A stretch of DNA of 64,000 nt from a virus (Duplodnaviria > Caudoviricetes), in the IMG/VR virus record IMGVR_UViG_2939020026_000003, positions 32,001-96,000 of that record, one strand, 5' to 3'. Positions within the stretch are counted from its first letter, which is position 1. Each line of letters starts with the position of its first letter. This document shows positions 1 through 9,149 of the stretch, piece by piece. The translations under genes and the position numbers were made by a program. The notes below the pieces were generated by a model, which was not told the origin of the DNA, ran no database searches, and saw only the letters and a program-made list of their open reading frames with translations.

Positions 1-1
1 C

Positions 2-67
2 CAGTTCGCTCTGGCGCTGCTGGCCCCGTGGCGATCCAGCGCATTCAGCTTCAACGTCTACAGGTGA
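2..67 (+). CDS. C-terminal end of a probable head-tail connector (partial, window edge)
   Basis: Frame reads QFALALLAPWRSSAFSFNVYR*, stops 3 nt before the next phage gene; function inferred from position only. Confidence 0.45.
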   Translation, partial: QFALALLAPWRSSAFSFNVYR

Positions 68-70
68 GCC

Positions 71-430
71 ATGGGCATTCGAGAAGAAATCCAGGCTGAC
101 ATGGCCGAGGCCTTCGACACTGACTTGGCAGATGCGGTGAAGACGTTCAGCGGTGGCATCACGCTGCCCGGCACAGTTGACCCGGTCACAGAGGCATCTA
201 CTCCAGGTGTGGTCGTTGCGTACAGCGGGCGAGGGGTTTTCGCCGACTACCGAATCGACCTGATCGATGGTGAAAGCATCAAGGCCACCGACCAGCAGTT
301 GATTGCCCTCACGAATGAGGTGATTGGCGGAGTTCCGCAGGCAGGCCACAAGATCAACGGTTTTGACGTGATCAACGTCCAGAAGGACCCGGCCGACTGC
401 ATCTATCAAATCCAACTGAGGCAAATCTGA
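71..430 (+). CDS. Phage head-closure / head-tail adaptor protein
   Basis: 119 aa, C-terminal DPA...QLR pattern, directly before the gp10-like gene. Confidence 0.7.
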   Translation: MGIREEIQADMAEAFDTDLADAVKTFSGGITLPGTVDPVTEASTPGVVVAYSGRGVFADYRIDLIDGESIKATDQQLIALTNEVIGGVPQAGHKINGFDVINVQKDPADCIYQIQLRQI

Positions 431-810
431 TGGCCGGATGGAGCACGCCCCCCACAGCATTCATCGCCCAGATTGAAGGCGATATGACCAAGCAGTTGAG
501 AATCATCGCAATGGCGCTCCTGGGTGAGATTATCAGCCGCTCCCCGGTAGACACCGGCAGGTTTCGAGGAAACACAACGGTCACGATTGGCTCGCCAGTG
601 TTCTCAAACAGCCAAACTCTGGACCCGACCGGAGCAGCCACGATCAGCAAGGGTGCTTCGGTTCTGGCTGGCCTCAAGCCTTTTTCGATCATCTACATCC
701 AGAATAATTTGGTTTACGCCGAAAAATTAGAGAATGGCCACTCCAAGCAGGCACCGTCCGGCGTCTTCGGGCTCGCCTTCGCTGGCGTGGCAGCGGCGTA
801 TGCATCATGA
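430..810 (+). CDS. HK97 gp10-family tail-completion protein
   Basis: SPVDTGRFR and NNLVYAEKLENGHSKQAP motifs. Confidence 0.9.
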   Translation: MAGWSTPPTAFIAQIEGDMTKQLRIIAMALLGEIISRSPVDTGRFRGNTTVTIGSPVFSNSQTLDPTGAATISKGASVLAGLKPFSIIYIQNNLVYAEKLENGHSKQAPSGVFGLAFAGVAAAYAS

Positions 811-1229
811 CCTACGAGCAGATCCGCCAAGCCATCACGGCGCGCATGGTGGCGTTCACAGGTATCGAGCAGGAGCGCATTTTTTACCCGAACGCTCAGT
901 ACCCCGCTCAGAACCAGGACAGTTCGGGCGTGTTCAAACCACCTGCAGACGGCCTCTGGTGCCGCCTGAACATACAGCACGCCACCGCCTTCATGGCAGG
1001 TATGGCCGACCAGCCCTACACCCGCAAGCCCGGCATCATCGTTGTGCAGTGTTTCGCACGGCTACGCACCGGTATGCGCGGCCTGAATGAACTGGCCGAC
1101 GCACTGGAAGCGCACTTTGCTTACTGGACTGAAGGCGACCTTGAGTGCATCGAGGCCAGCCAGGTCGACGCAGGCGAGTACGAAGGCTTCTATCAGATCA
1201 ACGTGAATATCCGGTTCCGCGCCGGTTGA
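807..1229 (+). CDS. Tail terminator-like protein
   Basis: 140 aa, ATGA overlap with gp10, canonical position before the tail tube gene. Confidence 0.75.
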   Translation: MTYEQIRQAITARMVAFTGIEQERIFYPNAQYPAQNQDSSGVFKPPADGLWCRLNIQHATAFMAGMADQPYTRKPGIIVVQCFARLRTGMRGLNELADALEAHFAYWTEGDLECIEASQVDAGEYEGFYQINVNIRFRAG

Positions 1230-1237
1230 GAGGAATT

Positions 1238-2095
1238 ATGCAAAGTCATAACTACGTGCCAAACGTATCTGGCTGGAAGCTTGACAAAGTAACCGGTGAA
1301 TTTGAAATCAACTCGGCCAAGATTTCTGTCGGCAGCCTGCCTGAGCAGCCTCAGATGATTACCGTTACAGCTGGCGAATGGGCGGCGAGCGATCTTCCCG
1401 CTAGCGCGATCGAACACTACGCCTTCATCGGCGCAGAGATATTCAAGATCCCCGCCGAGTATCGTGAAAGTGCGCAGCTCACGACTCAGGATGAGTCATA
1501 CGATCCAGGCTTCGCTGATATCCGCACCACATTGACCTACCAGCGCCCTGAGACTGCCGACGAGGCAAAATCGCGCGCCAGTGCGGCCAGACTTCCTGAA
1601 TACTCGATCAAGAAGCAAGGTGACACGCTCACATTTCTCTATGATGGCGTGCCCCGAATCGTGCTGGGCAAACTCGATAAGCCCGACCTGCCTTTTGCCG
1701 TTGAAGGCGATCAGGTCTTCCTGACCCAGGCGTTCATCGACGCTGGCAAGCTTTCCCCAGTATGGGGTGTGCGGACGACCACCAACGCGGCAGGTCAGAC
1801 AGTGCTTGCTGGCGTTGGCGCTGGCCTGGGTTGTATGTGCGAAGGCGGCTACACCGGCACTCCGGACGATAAGGCGGAAAAGGCTGAGGTGAAGATCGAC
1901 TGCACAGTTGACGCCTCGAAGGCTCTGGATCAAATCAGCAAGCTGATCAGCACCACCGAGCTGGCCCAGTCGATCGAGAGCTTAAAAGTCAGGATCGAGC
2001 ATGAGCACTCAAGCCGAGTCTGTGCTGACGATACGCCTTCTTGCCGAATATCTGCGGTAGAAGCTGGCCTGAACAGCCTCCGCGCCAAACAGTAA
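1238..2095 (+). CDS. Moron protein made of tail-tip (J/DUF1983-like) motifs in permuted order
   Basis: ATG 1238 after GAGAGGA; five motifs resemble the J-like protein at 10737-13916; followed by a terminator. Confidence 0.75.
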   Translation: MQSHNYVPNVSGWKLDKVTGEFEINSAKISVGSLPEQPQMITVTAGEWAASDLPASAIEHYAFIGAEIFKIPAEYRESAQLTTQDESYDPGFADIRTTLTYQRPETADEAKSRASAARLPEYSIKKQGDTLTFLYDGVPRIVLGKLDKPDLPFAVEGDQVFLTQAFIDAGKLSPVWGVRTTTNAAGQTVLAGVGAGLGCMCEGGYTGTPDDKAEKAEVKIDCTVDASKALDQISKLISTTELAQSIESLKVRIEHEHSSRVCADDTPSCRISAVEAGLNSLRAKQ

Positions 2096-2113
2096 CAGTC
2101 AAGCAATATCGCC

Positions 2114-2138
2114 AACCCCGCCTTGAGCGGGTTTTTTT
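2114..2138 (+). terminator. Intrinsic terminator
   Basis: CCCGC-cttga-GCGGG followed by T7. Confidence 0.75.
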
Positions 2139-2161
2139 ATGCCCGCCGAAAGGAGACTCTC

Positions 2162-3322
2162 ATGTCGTCAGGCGCCAAAGTAGTAAGCCACATCATCAAG
2201 GAGGTGACGCCCGGCGTTACCCCCACCGGCACCTGGGATACGCTGCGCCTGACCGGTAACGCGCTGACCCCGACTGTCAACACTGAAGTCAGTGACGAGA
2301 TCACCGACACCCGACTGAGCCAAGGCTCGGTGGCCACCAGCATCGATATCGGCGGCGATCTGTCGGCCGAGTTCTCGTTCGGCTCGTTCGACCAGCTTCT
2401 GGAGGCTGCTTTCTACGGCGTCTGGACGAACGACGTGCTGCGTGTGGGCGATACTCGCAACACCTTCAGCATCGCCAAGGGTTACAACGACATCGGCGTC
2501 TACGGCGTGTTCAAGGGCGCTCACGTGTCCACCTTCGCTCTGGAGATTCCGGAAGAAGGCAAAGTCACCGCCACGTTCAACATGGCGTGCCTGGACTACA
2601 CCGACAGCGAGACGCCGATTGTCGTGACGCCGAACGCGCCGACCACCACGCCGTTCCTGTCGAACAACAACGTAGGCACGATTCTGGTGAATGGTCAGTC
2701 GCTGGAAGGCGTGGCCTGCGTCTCGGCCATGACCATCAATCTGGACAACAGCCTGCAAACCCAGCGCTGCTTGGGTTCGGATCGACTTGGGCCTGGTGCC
2801 CACATCGCCACCGAAGCTGCCATCACCGGCAGCATCACGCTGGCATGGTCCAAGCGCGCGTGGCAGATCTGGAAGAACACCTTCACCCGCCTGCCGATCG
2901 CGGTCGAGTTCCCCATCACCGACTCGCTGGGCAACAAGTACACGTTCAGCTTCCCGGCTGTAGAAGTGGACGGCGAGCTGCCCAACGGCGGTAAGCGTGA
3001 CCTGATCCAGATCGAGCTGAATTACACCGTGGCCAAGCAGAGCCCGACCATTACCCGCGTTTCGGCTGCGGCAGTAACTGGCGTTTCCACCGCACCAAGC
3101 ACAGCATCAGTGGCGGTAGGCGCAACTCGACAACTGAGCGCGACAGTGACACCCGCTTCGGCCAACCAGGCAGTGACCTGGTCGAGCGCGACACCTGGTG
3201 TTGCGACCGTCAGCAGCTCAGGCCTGGTCACCGGCGTTTCTGCTGGCACCGCTGTTGTTACGGCCACCAGCACAGCCGACGGCAGCAAGACCGGCTCGAC
3301 CACTGTCACCGTTACTGCATAA
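2162..3322 (+). CDS. Major tail tube protein with C-terminal Ig-like (Big_2-type) domain
   Basis: ATG 2162 after AGGAGA; tail-tube core then VTWSSATPGVATVSSSGLVTGVSAGTAVVTATS. Confidence 0.9.
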   Translation: MSSGAKVVSHIIKEVTPGVTPTGTWDTLRLTGNALTPTVNTEVSDEITDTRLSQGSVATSIDIGGDLSAEFSFGSFDQLLEAAFYGVWTNDVLRVGDTRNTFSIAKGYNDIGVYGVFKGAHVSTFALEIPEEGKVTATFNMACLDYTDSETPIVVTPNAPTTTPFLSNNNVGTILVNGQSLEGVACVSAMTINLDNSLQTQRCLGSDRLGPGAHIATEAAITGSITLAWSKRAWQIWKNTFTRLPIAVEFPITDSLGNKYTFSFPAVEVDGELPNGGKRDLIQIELNYTVAKQSPTITRVSAAAVTGVSTAPSTASVAVGATRQLSATVTPASANQAVTWSSATPGVATVSSSGLVTGVSAGTAVVTATSTADGSKTGSTTVTVTA

Positions 3323-3401
3323 CCGATTCAATCCTTTTGACCGCTCCGGTGATAACGCCTGCCGGGGCGGTCCTTTTATGGCGTGGCGTTGAGGTTGCAT
3401 C

Positions 3402-3875
3402 ATGGCTCTCAAGCTGAAGAACAAAGAAGTGGTCGACAACGCTGCGAAGTGGTTCGATTTTGACGCAGACACCAAAGTGCTCATCGCTCCAGTCGATAGC
3501 CCTGAATACCAGGTAGCCATTGAGCGCATGCAGCGACGAATCTGGCGCAATGACGCTGTGTTCGCCGAAGGCAGCGTGGGCGTGCTGGAGGGCGAGGTAA
3601 GCGAGAAGCGCAACCACTGCATGGTTCTTGCGAAATACATCGTCAAAGACTGGCAGGGCGCTCAGGATCATGACGGCAACGCGCTGCCTTACGACGAGGC
3701 GATTGGCGTGTCCATGCTCGAAAGCGACCTTGAGTTCTTCCTGTTCGTAATCCGCTCTGCCGAGTCCTTCGCCAAGCAGGTTCAGGAAGAGCGCAAGGAG
3801 ACGCTGGAAAAGCCGTCGCCCGCTTCCAGTGGGAAAGCGAGTGGGCAGGGCCGGAAGCCGCAAAGCGCAAGCTGA
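3402..3875 (+). CDS. Tail assembly chaperone (gpG-like)
   Basis: Between tail tube and tape measure; IVKDWQG motif; slippery GGAAAAG near the 3' end. Confidence 0.85.
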   Translation: MALKLKNKEVVDNAAKWFDFDADTKVLIAPVDSPEYQVAIERMQRRIWRNDAVFAEGSVGVLEGEVSEKRNHCMVLAKYIVKDWQGAQDHDGNALPYDEAIGVSMLESDLEFFLFVIRSAESFAKQVQEERKETLEKPSPASSGKASGQGRKPQSAS

Positions 3876-4144
3876 TATTTGGTAAGTTCGGCATGGATGT
3901 GCCGGACGAGCCCCCGCAAGATCCAATCACGGCGTACCTGCTGAACACTTTCCGCAACGTATGCAGGGGGCGGCGCTACATCTCAGGCATGAGCGGCGTT
4001 TTCCCAATGCCGCTGTCGGCACGCGAGATCACTGACTGGATCGAATCGCATCCGTCACCGATCCCCCGTGAGGAGATAGACCTTGTTCTCTTCGAGCTGG
4101 ATAGTCTGCTCATGGAGCGGGATGAGGATGAGGACGACCAATAA
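3809..4144 (+). CDS. Tail assembly chaperone extension (gpT part of gpGT, -1 frame)
   Basis: The -1 frame is open from the slippery site through KAVARFQWESEWAG...MDVPDEPP to 4144. Confidence 0.8.
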   Translation, partial: KAVARFQWESEWAGPEAAKRKLIFGKFGMDVPDEPPQDPITAYLLNTFRNVCRGRRYISGMSGVFPMPLSAREITDWIESHPSPIPREEIDLVLFELDSLLMERDEDEDDQ

Positions 4145-4211
4145 CAGGACCGATTAGGAGATCAGATAACTATGTCGCCCAACAAACCCAATGATCACTG
4201 CTTGATCGCTG

Positions 4212-4472
4212 TTACGTGTGATATTTCCTCCACGGAATCTGTGACGGGTGAAGCCCTGCAAGAAGCTTGGCCAGATCTTGTCGACCGTGATACCGGAAGG
4301 TTCCGCGAGAGTCTTGCGACGCCAGAACAACGGGAACTCCAGGAAATTGCGGCTGGAACGATTCGCGGACTGGCTCTGCGGCAGTAGATGACGATGTGTA
4401 CTGATGTTTCACGATCACTACGGCGAAAGTGACGCCGCGATGCGTGATCAGGGCTCCTTCGAAGCTACTCAT
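4212..4472 (-). CDS. Hypothetical moron protein (86 aa)
   Basis: ATG 4472 preceded by GGAG; antisense to the late operon. Confidence 0.75.
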   Translation of the reverse strand: MSSFEGALITHRGVTFAVVIVKHQYTSSSTAAEPVRESFQPQFPGVPVVLASQDSRGTFRYHGRQDLAKLLAGLHPSQIPWRKYHT

Positions 4473-4616
4473 ATATTCTCCATCCAATTGATCGCCGAAA
4501 TAGGCAGGATTAATTCCTTTTACCCGGCAAAAGGCTATCATCAGTGACGGAGCGTGGGGTACTGAGCTTTCATACAGCCCTACAAGCGATTTTCATCGAT
4601 CAGGAGTAGATAGCTT

Positions 4617-4979
4617 ATGAAACGAAATTGGGACCTGATCAGGCTGATCCTGATTGCTGTTGAGGAAAACGAAGACCACAACAAGACGATAACAGACAAG
4701 GATATTCCTGGGCACGATCCAGCTTTAGTCGCATATCAGATGAGGCTGCTGAAAGAGGCTGGCTTGGTTGATGCGCGCTGCGTGGCATTCACAAGCGAGC
4801 CTGGCGAATGTTTCGTTTTTTCCCTAACATGGGAAGGTCATGAGTTCCTCGACCAGATCAGGTCGAAAACCCTTTGGAACAAGACTGTAGGCGTCATCCA
4901 GGAGAAAGGGTTGGACCTGTCCTTCAGCACAATCAAGGCTGCCGCTGCAGCTGTCGCAAAAAGCCTCATAAACTTCTGA
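4617..4979 (+). CDS. DUF2513/YjcQ-like winged-helix moron protein
   Basis: MKRNWDLIRLIL and LTWEGHEFLD motifs; AGGAG upstream. Confidence 0.85.
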   Translation: MKRNWDLIRLILIAVEENEDHNKTITDKDIPGHDPALVAYQMRLLKEAGLVDARCVAFTSEPGECFVFSLTWEGHEFLDQIRSKTLWNKTVGVIQEKGLDLSFSTIKAAAAAVAKSLINF

Positions 4980-5042
4980 GTGGTCGTTCGCCGTTGCGCT
5001 CGATGATGGTAGATTGCCCCTATCAACTAGATAGAGGCACCT

Positions 5043-5402
5043 ATGCGAAAATTAATTGTTATGACCGCCCTGTCGCAGGCAGTCCTTGTTTCGCCTATCG
5101 CATCTGCTGATGCGGCAACAAACGAAGCGGCCGCGCTTTTAGCTTTCAATGCGGCCGAGCTTTGCCATACTCATGCCGGGTTATACAGCACTGCGTCCGG
5201 CGCAATTCGCGATGGACATACTGAAGAGGCTGTCCGTGAGGCGGGAGCTGTTCTATCTGGATCAGAGGCGGACAAAGTGATAAAGGCAGCGGTTGCGGAC
5301 ACAAAGTCAGGAAAGGAAGACGCAGATAGGTTTTACGATCAATGCATGAAGAAAGCCCGACAGAAAGTCTACGCCACAATTGAAGGTGGAAAGATATCTT
5401 AA
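5043..5402 (+). CDS. Hypothetical exported moron protein
   Basis: Signal-peptide-like N-terminus, two Cys, GAGG upstream, terminator after. Confidence 0.7.
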   Translation: MRKLIVMTALSQAVLVSPIASADAATNEAAALLAFNAAELCHTHAGLYSTASGAIRDGHTEEAVREAGAVLSGSEADKVIKAAVADTKSGKEDADRFYDQCMKKARQKVYATIEGGKIS

Positions 5403-5420
5403 GGTAAAGACCCATAACGG

Positions 5421-5441
5421 CCCGCTTCGGCGGGTTTTTTT
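5421..5441 (+). terminator. Intrinsic terminator
   Basis: CCCGC-TTCG-GCGGG followed by T7. Confidence 0.85.
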
Positions 5442-5457
5442 ACGCCCGGAGAAAAGC

Positions 5458-8400
5458 ATGGCCCTCACCTCACGCCTCGCTATTGAGGTAGATAGCCGCA
5501 GTGCAGAGCAGAAAGTGAACGATCTTCGTCGCTCGCTTGAGGCTCTGAATAGTGCTGGCGTCCGGACAGGCCCTGTCATGTCGGGGGCAGGTGGAGCTAT
5601 CAACGACGCCGGTCGAAGCTCGCGCTCAGCCGCCACTCAGGTACAAGGCCTGGACAGGACCGTTCGTTCTTTAGCTTCGGCTGCGGCTGGGCTTGCAGGG
5701 CCTTTGCTGGCAGCGTTCGCCACAAAGTCCCTGTATGACGCCAGTGAGGCTTACAGCACGCTGACAAACCGCATGAAACTGGTTACCAGCAACGCCACTG
5801 AGCTTGCCGCAGCGCAAAAGGCTGTTTTCTCGATCGCCCAGAGCGCATACCAGCCACTCACGGCAACCGCAGAGCTCTATCAACGCATCGCGACGAACCA
5901 GAAGGAATTGAAGCTAACAGGCGAGGGCGTAGCTGGTGTCGTTGGAACGATCAGTAAGACCTTGGCCATCTCTGGCGCGTCAGCTGCATCTGCCAACGCG
6001 GCCCTGATCCAGCTGGGCCAGGCCTTCGCGTCTGGCGTACTGCGAGGCGAAGAGCTGAACAGCGTAATGGAGCAGGCCCCGGCGCTGGCTCAGGCTATCG
6101 CAGCCGGTATGGGCAAGACAGTCGGCGAGCTTCGGTCGCTCGGCGCGGCAGGCCTTCTAACTGCTGATGCGGTTGTAAAGGCTTTACAGGCGCAGCGAGG
6201 GGCTGTGGATGCTCTTTTCGCGAGGACTTCAGCCACGATCGGCAACAGCCTCACAGCGCTGAGCAACTCGACTACCTCTTTCATAGGTCAGCTTGATCAG
6301 GCAACAGGATCTAGCGCGTCACTGGCGAAGAGCATTCTGTCACTTTCGAGTGCGATCGACGGCGGGCTTCCGGCTGCAATCAAGTTGGCCGCCGACAACT
6401 CCGAGGAGCTGGGGCAGGTTCTCACCACCGGTCTCTATGTTGCTCTTGCACGGGTTGCTGGCGGGTTTGCTCAGCAGGCCGCACAGGCTGGTTATGCAGC
6501 TGTGGCCAATCAAAAGGCATTGACTGTTTCAGCGGCCACGGCTACCCAGGATCTCGCTGCCGCCAAGTCAAAACAGGTGGACGCCAAGGCCGCAGTCGAC
6601 CGAGCAAACGCACAGGTAGCATCAGCTCGGCGACAGGTTGCCGCGGATAGAGAGGTGATGGCTTCCGAGCTAAACAGAACCAAATCAGTTCAGGCAGCGC
6701 TAGTCGCTGAAAGAGAGATAGAGGTGCAGCGCCTGAAGGCTCAGATCTCTGATCAGGGCCGGGCTGCATCACTCAATCGCCTGGCAGAGCTGAGCCGCAC
6801 GCATGTAGTAGTGACAAATCAAGTGAATGCTGCGGAAAAAGCTTTGGCGGCCACTACGGTATCTTCGTCTGCAACCATGGTTGCAGCATATAAAGCCAGA
6901 ACAGAAGCTCGCACAGCCTTCGCCGCAGAAACTACAGTTGTCAATGCGTTAACGGTCGCATCCAACAACGCTGCAGCTGCGGCAAGCTTGACGTCCAGAG
7001 CGCTTGGAGCGTTGAGTGCGGCAGGCACCGGCTTATTAGGCATGCTTGGTGGCCCGCTCGGGTTGCTCTTCGTTGCTGGCGCTGTCGCTGTGTCCTTCAT
7101 GGATTTCCGCAGCAGCAGCGACAAGGTGAATGAGGGGCTACAGAATCTGAAGGGGCCGCTTGATGATGTTATTGCCCGATTCAAGCAACTCACCAAAGAT
7201 CAGCAAGCGGCAGCGCTGGTTAAGTGGGGAGAAACCCAGGCCGAGGCGGCCAAGGCAGCAAACGAGGAATTTAAAAATCTCAACAAAAGCTTGCAGGCCG
7301 GTCTGGTAGGACCAAGATCAAGCGCTGCAGGCACAAAGATATTCAGCGACTACTCGGCACAGATCGCCTCAGCAAGAGAAGCGGGCGAGAGCTTGACGCC
7401 GATTTTCGAGAAGCTGCGCAGTGAGCCCGGGGTACCGGAAAGCCTGATAAACAGCCTTGTCAAATCGGCGGGCGCTTATTCCGGCTTATCGGCTTCGGCA
7501 AAAGAGGCGAAGGACAGAATCGCAGCGCTCAAAACGGAATCGGCAAACGCCGCCACCACCGCTGCGCTGTCCACTGGCGCAACCAACGTAATGACTGGCG
7601 CAGGGAAGAAATACAATGACGAGCTTCAAAAGCAGCTCGGTAAGCTCCAAGACAACAACGATGCGGTAAAGGAGGCCAACCGCTATATCGCGGAGCACAA
7701 AGACCTTTCCGAGGCTGACAAGGTCGCCATTCTGTCCACGGCAAATGCGCTGAAATCACAGGAGGCGGCAAACAAGGCTGCGGCCAAAGCGACCCGAGAG
7801 GCCGGCAAGGCGTACACAGAAAGCGCCGGCACGAAGGCTCTTGACGATGCTCGGAAGCAGTATGCCGTTCTCGGTGAGCAGTCGGCGATCATCAAAGCCC
7901 AAAGGGGTGACACTGAAAAGCTTGGAGCAGCGGCAACCGAGCTCATCAAGTGGGAGCAGCAGCTCGCCAACATCAAGAGCAAGCAAACCCTGACCGCCGA
8001 CCAGAAGTCATTGGTGGCGAATCAGGACTTGGTCACGGCTCAATTGCGCCGCAACGCTGCCCTGGAAAAAGAGAACCAGCTCAGCATCACCCGACTGGAA
8101 AACGAGTCGAAGCTCAAAGCTTTCCGGGAAAACCTCGACTCACAGCTTGGTCTTGCAAAAGATGGACTGGACAGCGACCTGGCAGGCGCTGGTCTCGGGG
8201 ATCAGGCCCGGCAGCGCCTCCAAGACGACCTCAAGATACGCCAGTCGTATCAAAAGGACCTGGACAAGCTCAGTCGCGACTACAACAAGATCACGAACCC
8301 AACCTCAGCTGATACGTCGCTTTACCAGAACGAGACGAACGCGCTCAACGCTGCATTGCAGACCCGCCTGGCCATGCAGCGCCAGTACTACACGGATGTA

Positions 8401-9132
8401 GATCGGGCCCAATCCGATTGGACGCTGGGTGCCAGTTCGGCGCTTGAGAACTACCTCGAGCAGTCGCGCGACGTGGCCGGGCAGACCAAGCAGCTGTTCA
8501 CCAACGGTTTCAGCAACATGGAGGATGCGGTCGTGAACTTCGTGAAAACCGGGAAGCTGTCCTTCAAGGACTTCGCCAACGGTGTGATCGAGGATCTGAT
8601 CCGCATCCAGGTGCGGCAGGCGGCGGCGGGTTTCCTCAGCACGGCATTCAGCGCCCTGTCGGGTGTTGGTTCTGGTGCTGCTGCCACATCGTCATCGGCG
8701 CTTGGCGCGTCGGCGGCAGGGTACGGCTCCAAATACGGCTTCTCCGACGGTGGCTATACCGGTGACGGCGGCAAGTTCCAGCCGAAAGGCGTCGTGCACG
8801 GCGGCGAGTTTGTCGTGAAAAAGGAAGTAGTCAGCCAGCCCGGCGCGCGTGAGTTCCTGGAACGCATGAATGCCAATACCAAGGGTTACGCCGACGGCGG
8901 GTATGTCGGCAGCTCGGCAGTCGCGGCAAAAGGATCTTCGCAGTCCACAGGTTCGTCGCCGTCAAATGTGCCGCCAATCACCCAATACATCACTGTGGGC
9001 GGAAATGTCGACGCAGCCACGAAAGAGGATGTGACCCGATCCACCTACGACGGTGCGAAAGCGGCATACGACATGGTGCTTAACGACTTCAAACGAAACG
9101 GACCCATCCGCCAGCTCGCAGCCAGGCGCTAA
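5458..9132 (+). CDS. Tail tape measure protein
   Basis: ATG 5458 after GGAG; Ala-rich; QLGQAFASGVLRGEELNSVMEQ and GGYTGDGGK...VHGGEFV motifs. Confidence 0.97.
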   Translation: MALTSRLAIEVDSRSAEQKVNDLRRSLEALNSAGVRTGPVMSGAGGAINDAGRSSRSAATQVQGLDRTVRSLASAAAGLAGPLLAAFATKSLYDASEAYSTLTNRMKLVTSNATELAAAQKAVFSIAQSAYQPLTATAELYQRIATNQKELKLTGEGVAGVVGTISKTLAISGASAASANAALIQLGQAFASGVLRGEELNSVMEQAPALAQAIAAGMGKTVGELRSLGAAGLLTADAVVKALQAQRGAVDALFARTSATIGNSLTALSNSTTSFIGQLDQATGSSASLAKSILSLSSAIDGGLPAAIKLAADNSEELGQVLTTGLYVALARVAGGFAQQAAQAGYAAVANQKALTVSAATATQDLAAAKSKQVDAKAAVDRANAQVASARRQVAADREVMASELNRTKSVQAALVAEREIEVQRLKAQISDQGRAASLNRLAELSRTHVVVTNQVNAAEKALAATTVSSSATMVAAYKARTEARTAFAAETTVVNALTVASNNAAAAASLTSRALGALSAAGTGLLGMLGGPLGLLFVAGAVAVSFMDFRSSSDKVNEGLQNLKGPLDDVIARFKQLTKDQQAAALVKWGETQAEAAKAANEEFKNLNKSLQAGLVGPRSSAAGTKIFSDYSAQIASAREAGESLTPIFEKLRSEPGVPESLINSLVKSAGAYSGLSASAKEAKDRIAALKTESANAATTAALSTGATNVMTGAGKKYNDELQKQLGKLQDNNDAVKEANRYIAEHKDLSEADKVAILSTANALKSQEAANKAAAKATREAGKAYTESAGTKALDDARKQYAVLGEQSAIIKAQRGDTEKLGAAATELIKWEQQLANIKSKQTLTADQKSLVANQDLVTAQLRRNAALEKENQLSITRLENESKLKAFRENLDSQLGLAKDGLDSDLAGAGLGDQARQRLQDDLKIRQSYQKDLDKLSRDYNKITNPTSADTSLYQNETNALNAALQTRLAMQRQYYTDVDRAQSDWTLGASSALENYLEQSRDVAGQTKQLFTNGFSNMEDAVVNFVKTGKLSFKDFANGVIEDLIRIQVRQAAAGFLSTAFSALSGVGSGAAATSSSALGASAAGYGSKYGFSDGGYTGDGGKFQPKGVVHGGEFVVKKEVVSQPGAREFLERMNANTKGYADGGYVGSSAVAAKGSSQSTGSSPSNVPPITQYITVGGNVDAATKEDVTRSTYDGAKAAYDMVLNDFKRNGPIRQLAARR

Positions 9133-9149
9133 TCAATAAGGAGTAACGC

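Noticed and set aside
1145-1237. Longer N-termini in the ORF track (also 2123, 5380, 9671, 24330, 56683, 61123, 62759)
   Set aside because: They overlap upstream genes, terminators or promoters; downstream starts fit RBS or promoter spacing better.
3831-3837. Lambda-type GGGAAAG slippery site
   Set aside because: Read as GGG AAA in the gpG frame, the wrong phase for a -1 slip; the site at 3806-3812 fits.
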